Assembly: GCA_951406725.2 (NCBI GenBank)
Contig: OX597830.1
Coordinates: forward strand, 36,766,001-36,830,000
Reading direction: 5' to 3'
Origin: Octopus vulgaris
Lineage: Eukaryota
DNA length: 64,000 bases
Below are positions 1-13,470 of this stretch, piece by piece. The translations under genes were made by a program, and so were the position numbers. How positions within the stretch are numbered: position 1 is the first letter of the stretch; each line of letters begins with the position of its first letter. Under the pieces are notes generated by a model. The model was not told the origin of the DNA and made no database searches. It saw nothing but the letters and a program-made list of their open reading frames with translations.

Positions 1-1480
1 ATATATCTGAATATATATGTATATACTTATACATACATACATGCATACTCACATACACACACACATATATATATATGCACACACCCACCCACACACACAC
101 TATTTCTTTATTCTCACCCACCCACACACACACACATATATATATATGCATATGTAAATGTATATATATAATTATGCCTATGTGGTAATTTATGTGAGTC
201 ACTGAACGACCTAAAGAATTATCTCAAGTGAGCATTCTACATTCTTTCCCTAATGGAATAGCCATTGACACTTATCAGATTCAATATGATGGCGTTTTTT
301 TAAGGTGTCTTTCTTTTTATATACTGCCTACCCTAAAGCGTTATCTGTATCGTTTTATTTCTTATTTCTATCACAGCATAACAACAGATACAAAGAAAAA
401 CATATTATATCGAAGGAAATTCTATCAAAAATTATTTTCTAAAGGAATTTCAGTATTCGCTACACTACAGCTTGCGTTCTTGTCACGTTGTTGGGCTAGG
501 CAAAAACATAAATACGTGCATTAAGGCAACTGAATAGCGTTGAAAATATCAGCGTGTAAAATCCGAATCAGTGTCTCGATTTCCGCAATAATCATTTCAT
601 TTCCTTTTTTTCCTTTTTTACAATGACTGGCAATTTCATTTGTTCGATAAAGCAAGGACAGTTGCAATGACATTTATATATAAGGTCCACATCGTTCGAA
701 AATCAATGAGACGGGTTGGACGAATGAGCTCCGGCGAAAGAGTATAAAGTTTATTTGTTCAGTTGGGCGGTGGTTATTCTTTTTAGGAAAGAAATCCACG
801 AATACAGGGCACATGCTTCTTAATCCCAAGTGATCTCTGACTGCGCAATCCTATTATTAAAGGTGTTTCATTTCTGAACACACACGCACACACACATAAA
901 CTATATATAGTGCGATAGATGAATGGTTATAAAGCTTAAAAGCGTGGAAATAGATATATGTAGTGGAAATGAAATGTAAGAAGACAGTTACAGGTTCAAT
1001 TTTATAGATTGGTAGAAATTACTTATAGGGACTAAAGGTATGTTTTTGCCAATGTTTGCAACGATAAACGCATTCTTTAAACGTTTTTTAAATGTTCTTC
1101 GTTACAGAGCGGACAAAAAGATTTATCTTTTTCATATGGAAAAGATCTAGATAGAATACTCCGTTCCAAATCAGCTGATTTTGTCCGCTCTAACAATATA
1201 TCATTCTGTTCTCTAAATTGCTTTTGACGTTAAATCTATTAACGATTTTTTAAAAAGTAACTTGCTAGAGTTTCCCTTCATCATATACGCGGTAATCACA
1301 TTCGGTTATAATGGCTTTTGATGTGTTTTGTTTCTTTTCCCCTTGATGAGATGATTGCATTCTTTTACATCATTTTATTCTCCCCGGAATAATATCAATG
1401 TTTTCTTCGGAACATATATCGGAAATATAAAGATTTGAATAAGACCTGCATTTAACCCCATTTCTTAATTTCTCTCTCTC

Positions 1481-1542
<62 letters not shown>

Positions 1543-1678
1543 GTGTATGTTAAGATCATCCACCGAGCAGGCGACTGGGTATTATAAGCATTAGAACACC
1601 AATCAGAAACCTTCAGATACACATTTGTACATACATGCATGCATACATACATGCATACATACATTCATACATACATAT

Positions 1679-1996
1679 GTGAAGGCGCGTTTGCTTAGTG
1701 GTTAGGGTATTCGGCTCACGATTTATTGTCGCGCGTTCGATTCCCGGCGGCGCATTGTATCCTTGAGAAAGAAACTTTATTTCACGTCGCTCCAGTCCCC
1801 TCAGCTTGGAAAAATGAGTTTACCTCTATTTCAAGGAGCCAGCCTTGTCTCGCTCTGTGTCACGCTGAATCTCCCCGAGAAGTATGTGAAGGGTTAGTGG
1901 AGTGCTCACCCACTTCCACGTTAATCTCACGAGGAAGCTGTTCCGTTGATCGAATCAACTGGAACCTTCATCGTCGTAAGCGACGGAGTGCCAGTA
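1679..1996 (+). mobile_element. Chimeric tRNA-derived SINE (C-type head and tail, different central module)
   Basis: Pol III A/B-box-like head (ttgcttagtggttagggt...gcgttcgattcc). The 3' half (cacgctgaatctccccgaga...cgtcgtaagcgacggagtgcc) matches SINE C at 48536-48928; the middle matches 25482-25735. Confidence 0.8.
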
Positions 1997-2635
1997 CACA
2001 CATACAAAACATACATACACAAACACACACAATACAATACATAAATACACACACACAATACATACATACATACATACATACATACATACATACATACATA
2101 CATACACACATAATACATACAATACATACATACACACATACATAATACATATATACACACACATACATACATACACACACGTACACATACATACACACAT
2201 ACATACACATACATACATACATACATAGATGCATACACACATACATACATAAATACATGCATGTATACAATACATACATTCATACAATACATACATAGAT
2301 GTATACACATACATACATACATACAATACATACACACATACATACATACATACACACATACATACATACAATACATACATACACACATACATACACACAC
2401 GTACATACATACATACATACATTCAAACATACATACACACACGTACATACATACATACACTCATACATACACACATACATACACACATACTTACATACAC
2501 ACATACATACATATATACCCCCATACATACATACATACACACATACATACATACATACATACATACATACATACATACATACGTGGGAAACACGTATATA
2601 CATACATACATATACACGTACTTGCATGTACACAC
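1996..2635. repeat. Compound (CATA)n/(CA)n microsatellite
   Basis: Directly visible; produces the MYVC/HTYI pseudo-ORFs. Confidence 0.97.
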
Positions 2636-3364
2636 AGTTGTGTATTCGAAAAAAAAAAAAAAAGCTTTTGCGCCAGCGGAAACAATGAAAACTTTTTCCT
2701 ATTCCTTAGTTTGTTTGATAAGAAATTGAATAGTTTCCGTGTTTTAAGTTTTGATTTCAATTATCTTTGTGACACATACTGAAAAAACAAAACAAAAAAC
2801 AAAAAACGAAAAAAAAACCCCAAAAAAGCGCCACAACAAGAACAATTATGAAATAACAGAAAAACCAAAAAAAAGAGAATCGTTGCACAAATCATGATTA
2901 TATTGCCAACGTATTTTAAAGTTTGTATTTATATTTTTTCTTATTCTATGTTATTAGTTTTAATAATTGTGTTTGGAAATTATTATGTTCAGGGCACGCA
3001 GAAAATTCGTCATTCGTGACGTATTCGTTTACTCATTTAATAGTTAGTGAGTTGTTTTTGCTGGATTTTTTTTCGCTATACAATAGATAAAGTCACAGTT
3101 GGGTATCTCTTAAGTTCATTTCCCGTATTCTTATTTCTTCTCATTTTTTTTTTGTTTAAATGATTTCGTAAAATGATTTCCTTTATTGGTACAAGACGTG
3201 AGATGTCTGGGTTTTTTTTATTGGGAAAGATGTCCGTTTATAATAGATTTAAAGGAAGTAGTGTATGATATCTTCTGAATGAGATTGGAAGAAACAGCGC
3301 ATGTTCTCATTACCTATATTCTGAAGATCATTACAAATTATTCCTCGTTAGGGCATCGAACTAA

Positions 3365-3750
3365 CACAATTATTAGCACGCTGGAAAAATGCTTAGCGGC
3401 ATTTCGCCCGTTTTTATGTTCTGAGTTAAAATTCCGTTGTGGTCGATTTTGCCTCTCATCCTTTCGTATTCAATAAAATAAGAACCATTTAAGGATTGGG
3501 GTCAATTTAATCGACTTACCCCAACCCCCAAAGTTGTTGTCCTTGTGCCTAAATTTGAAACCAACATTCCGAAAATCATTAAGATGGCGAGCTGGCAGAA
3601 CCGTTAGTACGCCTTTACGTCCTGAGTTCAAACTTCACCGAGGTCGACATTGCCTTTTATCCTTTCTGGATCGATAAAATAAGTACCAGTTGAATACTGG
3701 AGTCGATGTAATCGATCTATCCATTCCACATGCCAAAATTTGAAACCAAT
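3365..3750 (+). mobile_element. Two degraded tandem SINE A copies
   Basis: ttctgagttaaaattccg...gtcgattttgcctctcatcctttc and ggcgagctggcagaaccgttag...gtcgacattgccttttatcctttc match the copy at 11042-11272. Confidence 0.8.
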
Positions 3751-5045
3751 ATTAAATATGTTAACACTAAGTTGTAATTTTTTTTTCATGTGAATGGTTT
3801 TTTCGAGTAATTAACCTCAATAATTACTTGTCAGTTGTCTGCGTGTTTTGTTTAACCTTTTCTGTATACAATAGATTCAGTCGCAGTCAGACACACTTGA
3901 ATTTCATTTCCTTATATTTTATAGATTTTAGCTTTAATAATAATTTCTCACATTGTTACATGCAACACAAAGTTGTGGGTAAAGAACTGTTTTAATTCAT
4001 TTAGTTTCGGTAAACTTTTACTGGCGGCGGCGGCGGCGGCGAACTATCAGAACGACAAAAGCGTTGGATAGAATACCTTGCGATATTAGTTCCGGTTCAT
4101 TGCACTCTGAGTTCGAATCCCGTCGAGGTTAACTTCGCATCTCACCCTTTCGAGGGCGATAACTAGAGTACCATTTTAGAGTAGTGGATTGGCGAAATTG
4201 ATACAGATGGTGATATCTGTTCAAGCTCTTTGTGTTTTGGTGTACTGAGTTCAAACTCCCCCTACTACTTATTCAAATCTCATCATAAACCACGTCCTTG
4301 CTTGTCACTTATTGAGACATGGCCGTGCATTGGACCACAGCATATGGAGTAAGTGTTTTCCAACGCAGCCTATAGTAGAAGATTCGGGTCAAGTTTCCTT
4401 CCCAGGGATTACTTCCTCTCTTCCTTCTTGAAGTTATGGATATCTTGGAAAAAGACATGACCATTACCATTCTTCCTAGAATTAAGCCATTAAAATAGCA
4501 GTTATATTTTCAGATCGATTAGAGGGCATTATTTCTCTCCGCTTAATTTGTCAGTAGGTGAAGCTAGAAATTAACTTGATACAAGGCATTCAAGACGTGA
4601 TTACCTTGTACCTTTAGAAGTTTGGACTACATTATCCAATGCCTGCTTTTTATATCTAAGATAAAGTACGATTTGAGGAACATTTGGATGTTTTTTTTCT
4701 AGCGAGCCGTGTGGTCATGTGGAGGCATTCTTGTTTGCTCGTGCTTTCAATTCTTGGTTCATGGTTGAAGCTAAAAGAAATCAATAGTTTTCTGCGAGAT
4801 CACCGATAGGAATTGGTGAATTCCTGGTGTACGAAATGTGATAGAGTTCGACTTCCCGTCAAGAAATTTCATATAATTTATTCCCACGGTTTTCGAACCG
4901 ACACTTTGTGTAGTCACTTGACTTGCAGGAAACAACAATTAAATCACCCTCATACATCTGCTATCCAGTGCAAGAAGGATGAAAGGGATACTAGATAAAC
5001 TACCTGAAAATAGGCGGGATTATTATTGATGAGAAGACTTAGACG

Positions 5046-5189
5046 AGGCATGGACAACCTTTTTCGAGAAGTGGGCTGCATGAGACATAGCTTTTTGTAA
5101 GGCGGGTAGCACAACTAAGATAACTTAATGAAATATTTCGTTGACGTACCATTCACTGAGTCCCACAGGCCGCAGTTTGTCCATGACCC
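5046..5189. mobile_element. Small hAT-like MITE
   Basis: Imperfect TIRs aggcatggacaacct / agtttgtccatgacc, with a subterminal cccacaggccgcagtttg motif typical of small hAT MITEs. No TSD identified. Confidence 0.5.
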
Positions 5190-5210
5190 AGGGTTCGAAA
5201 TTTCCCCCAA

Positions 5211-5256
5211 GACACTTGATGAAGGCTGGAGGGTATATCAGCCGAAACGTTGTGTT
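5211..5256 (+). ncRNA. Minimal type-I hammerhead ribozyme motif (PLE pLTR-like) with C3U lesion
   Basis: gacac TTGATGA a ggctg-gagggtatat-cagcc GAAA C GTT gtgtt: stem I gacac/gtgtt, stem II ggctg/cagcc, loopless palindromic stem III AACGTT, GUU site. Confidence 0.65.
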
Positions 5257-6905
5257 AACAACAAACAAGATAAAGGCCAAATATCCGTCAAATGTAGATA
5301 ATGTACATAATTCCTCATCTCTTAAATATAGAACTGTGACAACGATTCTGTTTGGCAAATTCTTGACATTTGTATGTTTTGCATGAAAGAAAGATTATAG
5401 AAACAGCTTTGCATGCAGCTCCAGCGTCTTTACAAGAAAATTATCGCATTGAATAACGTGGTCGGTCCTTTGAACACTATCTCTACACTAAGACAATTTG
5501 CAAGATCAAGTTTGACATGTGGTGACCGCCACCGCCGCCCCTCACCCCTCACCACCCCACGCCTACTACCATCGCTTTCACCGCCACCCACCAGCTGCTG
5601 AAGGGAGCATTTCACATGTCGTACTTTACTGAATTCATTTTAGAACGGGTGCCAAAGACGCAGTTACTTGACCTACTAAAAATAGGTGGTGAATTTCCCT
5701 CAAATCACATTGGGTGCTATAATTCCGGACACACTGTGTTTGAAAGATCAATGAGATAGTTAAGATTAGAACGCTTTTGATCACAAGCGTTCTAATCTTA
5801 ACTGCAACAGCAACAACAAGAGGAAGAACAGCAGCAGCAACAACGACAATAACAGTAATTAAAAGAACAACATCCTACCTTATACTCTGTGTCCTTATTC
5901 AATTTAATGACACACACGAGACTTCAGGCGATAATAACGAAGAAAACATTTTGAAATGAGCTTGAAACCAATGAAACCAACTTCTCCAACATGATCGTTC
6001 GACTTGATGGAATTAGCAGCCAAATCCCTCCTACTACATTGTTCTGTATTAAGAAAAGAGAGGACACATTGGATAGTGTAGTCTTCCTATCAACACTGTC
6101 TGAAAAAAAGAGGAGATCGGATGATCAGAATTAGAAACTCGAACAGCTATTAACCTAAGTCTGCTGGATTAGAACTATCTATCCGGTCGGATAGATAATC
6201 TATGCAAGTTTTCCACATCAGATGTCCTGATCTTTCCAAGCAATCTTCATATCCTCTACCTGAAATCCAGTGTCTTCCACAAGTTGATCGACGGAGATTA
6301 GGCTTCTATTCCTAGCAGGTCGGGCACCTTCGCTGGCTTACTGAATGAGATGTAGGACTAAGATTTTGAACAATATAGGAAAACCCTTTGGAAATTCCTA
6401 ATCTATGGAATTATCTGAATTCACTGTTTAAGAAATTATTTACAGGAACTTCAAGATGTTAGGCATCCTGTCAGGAGCAAGAGAGTCAAATTTTAGAGGT
6501 CAGAAGATCAGAGACCAATGGTTCATATCCTATCGAGGTCACTTCATTATGCTCGTAGTCAAGACACCTAATTCTGAAATGGCTCAGTTCACCGAGTTTG
6601 AAATTGCTACTGTTGCTGCTACTCCTGTTGTTGTTGTTGTTGTTTAGCTCAGTATGAATTCCTTGCCTCTTCTTGGTTTGTCGAGATCTATATGTCCATG
6701 CGTAGCTGTTCCAACAGAGGTGGTAAATCCTACGAACAGAACACGTTCACGGGAATACAAAGAGAATGTGAGCTGCGCTAGTCCAGAGTCGACTCCTTAC
6801 TTTCATTCCCAGCAGACCACCAATGCCCAACCTGCAGTAGAGCTTTTCGAATCCGCATCGAACTGATCGACCACAGCCAGAGACACCATGATTCCGCTTC
6901 CTCTC

Positions 6906-7205
6906 GTATATCATCATCATTGTTCGACCGTGGTCGAGACAATGGAATTTACCATGCTACGCCAGACTTCACGGTCCATCATGGCATTACGGAGGTCCTG
7001 TTGCTGGATGCCTGTATCCCTGGAGATTACATCAGGGTAGGAAAGTGTGCGCCCTCTGGTATTGCGAGTAGATGGCTTCCAGAGGAGAAGAGTAGAAATT
7101 ACTTCTTTTTCAGCTCTACAACAATGTCCAGCAAACTGGACTCTCCTACCTTTCACAAGAGATGACACAGGTGGTAGTTTCCCATATATTTGCATTTTGG
7201 ATGTC
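6906..7205 (-). mobile_element. RTE-clade LINE 3' end (5'-truncated)
   Basis: ORF 6917-7195 IYGKLPPVSSLVKGRRVQFAGHCCRAEKEVISTLLLW...RGR...YPDVISRD...MMDREVWR matches RTE ORF2 C-terminal motifs, followed by a short (TGA)n tail. Confidence 0.85.
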
Positions 7206-8000
7206 CATGGTCATCGTCGACAAGGACGGACGAACCATTATTATGCGTGGACATACAGGTATCGGCAGGATTAGAATTAACTCGGCGCAAACAGTAACAA
7301 CAGCATTTTGAAAATACCTCACTGCTGCAATCTTAAAGGTTTCCGAGGGAGGAGCAGCATCCAGTTGAGGAACAGAAGCAAGCTAACAAGACAATCGTTT
7401 GAGTGGGTGTTAAGCATATTTATTAAATGAAACATCACAAAACTAAAGTATTATGAAGTTTTATGAAATATACGATGAATGAACAACAACAATTGTCGAC
7501 TAATAATATTTATAGTAACCTTGCAGGTACAAGACACAGCATTTGATAGGTTTTTAAATTTTGTGTGGATTCAGTAAAAATAAAGCTTCACCGGAAATTG
7601 CCGATGGTGTTTCGAACAGAATATTAAATATTCAGAAATGTGCATTAGTTGGCGAAGAGAAACAGAATGATAATCAAATGTTCCTTCATACTACTGTTTA
7701 ACCCCAGGTCAGTTCAGATCGAGCGGACACAATAAGAAAAAAACCCCCGTTCAAACTGTGATATTCAAGTGGTTGTTTTCTGACATAGTATGACTAAGAT
7801 AATTTTATCCACTGTAGCATTCACGTTGTAAGACGGTTGGGTAAATGAGTACAAGCTGCTATTTCCAACTGAGCAAACGATTGCGTAGTGACACCTCAGC
7901 ATTCCCTGTTAAGCGAGTTAGCAACATGCTCTTTGTCGTAGTAGCGATTCATTTTAGATAAAATGATAGCGTTTTGTTTTGCAATATTCTTGATGTGAAA

Positions 8001-8583
8001 GAAGGTGGCGAGCTGGCAGAAACGTTAGCACGCCGGGCGAAGTGCATAGCCGTATTTCGTCTGCCGTTACGTTCTGAGTTCAAATTCCGCCGAGGTCGAC
8101 TTTGCCTTTCATCCTTTCGAGGTCGATAAATTAAGTACCAGTTACGCACTGGGGTCGATGTAATCGACTTAATCCGTTTGTCTGTCCTTGTTTGTCCCCT
8201 CTATGTTTAGCCCCTTGTCGGTAGTAAAGAAATAGGTATTACGTCTGCCGCTACGTTCTGAGTTCAAATTCCGCCGAGCTCGACTTTGCCATTCATCCTT
8301 TCGAGGTCGATAAATTAAGTACCAGTTACGCACTGGGGTCGATGTAATCGACTTAATCCGTTTGTCTGTCCTTGTTTGTCCCCTCTATGTTTAGCCCCTT
8401 GTCGGTAGTAAAGAAATAGGTATTTCGTCTGCCGCTACGTTCTGAGTTCAAATTCCGCCGGGATCGACTTTGCCTTTCATCCTTTCGGGGTCGATAAATG
8501 AAGTACAAGTTGCGTACTGTGGTCGATATAATCGACTGGCCTCCACCCCCAAAATTTCGGGCATTGTGCATAGAGTAGCAAAG
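8001..8583 (+). mobile_element. SINE A trimer (one head, three ~185-bp bodies) with 18-bp TSD
   Basis: TSD aatattcttgatgtgaaa at 7983-8000 and 8584-8601. Body units restart near 8052, 8237 and 8421, each with B-box gagttcaaattcc. Confidence 0.93.
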
Positions 8584-9174
8584 AATATTCTTGATGTGAA
8601 ACAGATGTTGTTATACATGAGGATGCTCATTTTTTTTTCCCAATTAAACACACACTGTATTTGTTTGATGTTCACTTTAGATTTTATTCGTATTTTTACG
8701 AGTATGTCTGTCAAAGTTTTTTCGTTACACATTCTGTGACATCATTAGTGACGCTCTGTCGTGTGTGTGTCTCCTCTTGTCTTGCTCATTCCATTTAGTT
8801 CTCAAGTGAAGATCAAATAAATAAACCGTGTGTTTAATTGGTAAAAAAGAAAAAAAGAAAACAAAAAAAAAACGAAAAACAGAATGACCATCCCTGAGTA
8901 TAAACGATATGATAGTTATATATTTTGACCGTATACACCTAGGGCACCCGACTTAAGTGCAGGCATGACCTGTGTGGCTGAAAATTTTTTATTTCTCAGT
9001 CGTATGGATCCGGGTTCAAGCATACTTTTTGGAAGCACAATGGAGCATAGTCTTCTTCCATGAGCTCGGAATAATGGTAAATTTTGTAAGTGGAACTGCG
9101 TTAACAGGAACATTGTGTTATCCCGTCGGACGAATACTATCCATTGTTGGATGGTGGACTGAAACGGGTTTAAA

Positions 9175-9307
9175 GACCACCACCACCATCATCACCAGCG
9201 CTAGTCCCGACACCAGTACCAGCACCATCACCGCCGCCAGCACCAGCACCAGCACCGCCACCGCCGCAGACGTCGCCACCGCAGCCGTCGTCACCACCAC
9301 CACCACG
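9175..9307. repeat. GC-rich cryptic trinucleotide repeat (CAC/CAG/CGC)
   Basis: accaccacc...agcaccagcacc...gccaccgccgca; yields only low-complexity ORFs. Confidence 0.8.
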
Positions 9308-9598
9308 AGTGTCTTTAATGGTGTACACTCTATTGGAGCCATTTAGAGCAGATCTCTGCCCTGACAATAATCTCTGAATTGTTATTATTTCCACTAATCT
9401 TCTCCGATAAAGTTTGGTAAAAGCTAATGGACATTATACTTTCTCCAACGATTAAGCCACAAAACAAACAAGCAAACAAACAAAAAGATTAATAATAATA
9501 ATAATAACAATAAAATATGTAAAACAACTTGTACATTAAAGTATACAGTACACCTTTTTCTACACTTTTATATTATCATTTTCACTTCATTCGGCTGC

Positions 9599-10410
<812 letters not shown>

Positions 10411-10564
10411 GTGTATGTATATATTTCTTTGTATATACATATTTATATGTATCAACGCACTCACACATATGTATGAACATTTGCATACGTACATTCATAC
10501 ACACACATATGCACACACACACACACACTCAAGCAGACACACCTACACACACGTACACTAATAT

Positions 10565-10713
10565 AGTCGTAAGTGTAGCTGTGTAGTTGGAAGTTTGCTT
10601 CTCAACTATATGGTTCCGGATTCAGTGCCAGTGCGTAACACCTTCGCCACCTCAAGCCGACCAAAGCCTTGTGAGTATATTTTGTAGACGGTATTTGAAA
10701 GAAGCCCTTCGTA
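10565..10713 (+). mobile_element. SINE B 5' half (degraded) ending in (TA)n
   Basis: gtagctgtgtagttggaagtttgcttc...gccgaccaaagccttgtgagt...gaaagaagccc matches other B copies. Confidence 0.8.
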
Positions 10714-10750
<37 letters not shown>

Positions 10751-11041
10751 CACAATATATGGATCTATATAATCGGGTCATCATAAGATTCATAGTGAAC
10801 TAATTCGTAAAATCCTATGCAGGTGAATTCCAGTAAATTCAATCAGTGAAAATTATATATATATATATATCATAGAAAATTTAAACAAATATGTATAATT
10901 AGATAAGTGTGTTTAAATATTGAACAGAGCTCCAGCACAGTTTAGGTTAGTTGTTGTCATCCATAGTTGTGGCACACTTTCCTTGGATTTATTTCTGGAA
11001 TTTCGCAGTGGCAGTTAGGGTAATAGTATTTATTGATAGTA

Positions 11042-11272
11042 AGGCGGCGAGCTGGCAGAAACGTTAGCACGCCGGGCGAAATGCGTAGCCGTATTTCGTC
11101 TGCCGCTACGTTCTGAGTTCAAATTCCGCCGAGGTCGACTTTGCCTTTCATCCTTTCGGGGTCGATTAAATAAGTACCAGTTACGCACTGGGCTCGTTAT
11201 AATCGACTTAATCCGTTTGTCTTCCTTGTTTGTCCTCTCTGTGTTTAGCCCCTTGTGGGTAGTAAAGAAATA
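11042..11272 (+). mobile_element. SINE A monomer with 17-bp TSD
   Basis: Head ggcggcgagctggcagaaacgttagc, B-box gagttcaaattcc, central gtcgactttgcctttcatcctttcggggtcgat (Meta-domain-like, from recall). TSD agtatttattgatagta at 11025-11041 and 11273-11289. Confidence 0.95.
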
Positions 11273-11320
11273 AGTATTTATTGATAGTAGGGGATAGGTT
11301 TCGTTTTAGACTTTTATTAG

Positions 11321-11365
11321 GTACAAAATATGTTTCGACCCATCAGTTTGGGTCTCTTCAGGTAC
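11321..11365 (-). ncRNA. Minimal type-I hammerhead motif (antisense arm)
   Basis: Minus strand gtac CTGAAGA gaccc-aaactgat-gggtc GAAA catatttt gtac; perfect stem II, altered stem III. Confidence 0.6.
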
Positions 11366-11442
11366 ATTGATAAACAAGTCTGACTAGATATTTTTTTGTG
11401 GCAGCCGACACAAAAAATATGTGGTGAGACTTCTTTATCAAT

Positions 11443-11485
11443 GTGCCTGAAGAGGCCCAGACTGATGGGTTGAAACATGTTGTAC
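11443..11485 (+). ncRNA. Minimal type-I hammerhead motif
   Basis: gtgc CTGAAGA ggccc-agactgat-gggtt GAAA CAT GTT gtac; palindromic stem III ACATGT, GUU site after 11481. Confidence 0.75.
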
Positions 11486-11531
11486 CTAATAAAAGTCTAA
11501 TACGAAATCCATGCCCTATTATCAATTAATG

Positions 11532-11590
<59 letters not shown>

Positions 11591-11620
11591 ATCATCATCA
11601 TCATCGTAATTTAACGTCCG

Positions 11621-11684
<64 letters not shown>

Positions 11685-12939
11685 ATATTATTATTATTAA
11701 GGTCACTGCCTGGAATCGAACTCAGAATCTTGACCACTACGCCATATAAACAAGGACACTAATCAGTACTAATATTACTGATTAGTACCCTTGTTCACTT
11801 TTGTGACGTATATATTTTTGCCTTTTGGTTGTAAAATTACGAATTAGCCACCCATATTTTATATATATATATATATATCTTTATGTGTGAATGTATTTTT
11901 AGCATGTCTTTTTCTTATTTATGTCTCCCGTTATAACAGTTCGAGAAGTAGATCCGATGTGAGAAATACAAGACATGGCGCTAACATGATTGATTCAAAC
12001 CCTTCATGACAGCAGTTCAATGACTGAAACAAATAAAAGAATAAAAGAAAATATATAAGTAGTTAAGCCTGACGTCGTATTTTCCTAATCGACCGTTACA
12101 CCGTTACTGTATTCTGACAGACTCCTGTTCTGCTGCGGTAAAACATGGCGGCCGTGCACGATAACTTCTTCAGATTCGAATTACATTTAGAGATTCTCAA
12201 CAAATTTTTTTTTTCTTCGTAGTAATACAATATTTACAAATTTTTTTATTAAATATATATATTCTTTAATTTTCCTCCTGGAAAGAAATCATATAATTTG
12301 CTCTTTCTTTCTACCTTTGTTATGTCAAATCTAATTTATTGAAAATATCCAAGTTACTGTGGGACTAAGCAATGCAATAAATTTTATTTATTTTTCAATA
12401 CTATATAATAAGCACACAAAAATATATCTGAACAAATTATATTCCTTCAAAATGATATTCCAGTTATAATATCACATTCTATTCTATCGGAATATAACCA
12501 GTCAAACAACGACTACAACATGGATATTTGTCAGGTATGTTATTATATTATATTGAGAGGTTCTCAGTAAAGTGATAGATACATAATGAATGTTTTACAC
12601 TATTTCTTTATGGTTTTGTCTTGAGGAAGGAGCAGCGCCCATGCGTTCTGTTGGTTCGCTCAAACTAGTGAAATTAATGCGGTGTTGGTTGTCATGACCG
12701 GGAAATTCGTCGAATACATTATTGCCGCAGTAAAATTTGCTGCAGGAAGTTTTGTCTTAAAAGAGGCATACAAGTAGTCTGTAAACTAGGTAACTCATTT
12801 TAAAGAAATTCCCTTTATCTTATTGGTAAGTTAGTTGATGAAGTTGCCATTTTAAGAAAACAGCTAATATTTTTTTTGCAATATACTTTTTTTACGGTGA
12901 ACTTTCCTACGGCAAAACTGTTTACGGTAGAATTTCCTA

Positions 12940-13470
12940 TAACCGTTGGTTGTATAGCTTCACGTCTACTGTGAAACAATATAGGATCAGAAGGTGGAAT
13001 TCCAGAAAGATAAGGACCTGAAGAAGAAGAAGGATTACGTAAGGAGGTGGGTTAATGAAGTTATATGGGGCTCGCTCGGCTAGTCTGACCGAGAAAATTT
13101 CTAAGCAAGTAAAGCTCTGATTGCGCAGAGCTTTGAGAAAAGGCATTTCAGCATTAAAAGCATTTCAGCTGGGACTCATTTTTATATCTCCTGTATCTGT
13201 TTCTTATTTGACTCAGAAGGGTGTAATTTTAAAAAAAAAATGTGGCTACTATTTTTAGCAGGTTGATTGACGCCATAGACGCTCTGTAAGTTTCCATGAG
13301 AGTGGTGTGAACGGATCACAATGTGGGGATGAACGAATAACAGAGTGGTGTTTTCGGTTCTGCCTAGCTGAAGGCTGTATGCAAAATGCAATTTCAGAGA
13401 AATAGAGGCTCCTTTTAGAAGCTGTAGCGCAGAGAAGAAACAATATAATACTGAGACTAAATTTAACCGA
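12940..13470 (-). mobile_element. Very old LINE 3'-end remnant (CR1/L2-like)
   Basis: Broken minus-strand frames give FSEIAFCIQPSAR...SSPH...TERLWR and SFFFFRSLSFWNS, resembling the SFFPRT..LWN.LP C-terminal motif. Weak. Confidence 0.3.

Larger units (their letters stand above)
11279..11535. mobile_element. Fold-back (inverted pLTR-like) element with two divergent hammerheads
   Basis: Arms ~11279-11400 and ~11409-11527 are imperfect reverse complements; abuts (TA)n on the right. Confidence 0.85.

Noticed and set aside
718-750. gga CGAATGA gctccggc GAAA gagta, hammerhead-like
   Set aside because: Two core mismatches, 2-bp stem II, and no stem I or III pairing.
8001-8583. Regularly spaced repeats suggesting a CRISPR array
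   Set aside because: Units are whole ~185-bp SINE bodies without unique spacers; eukaryotic context and no cas genes.
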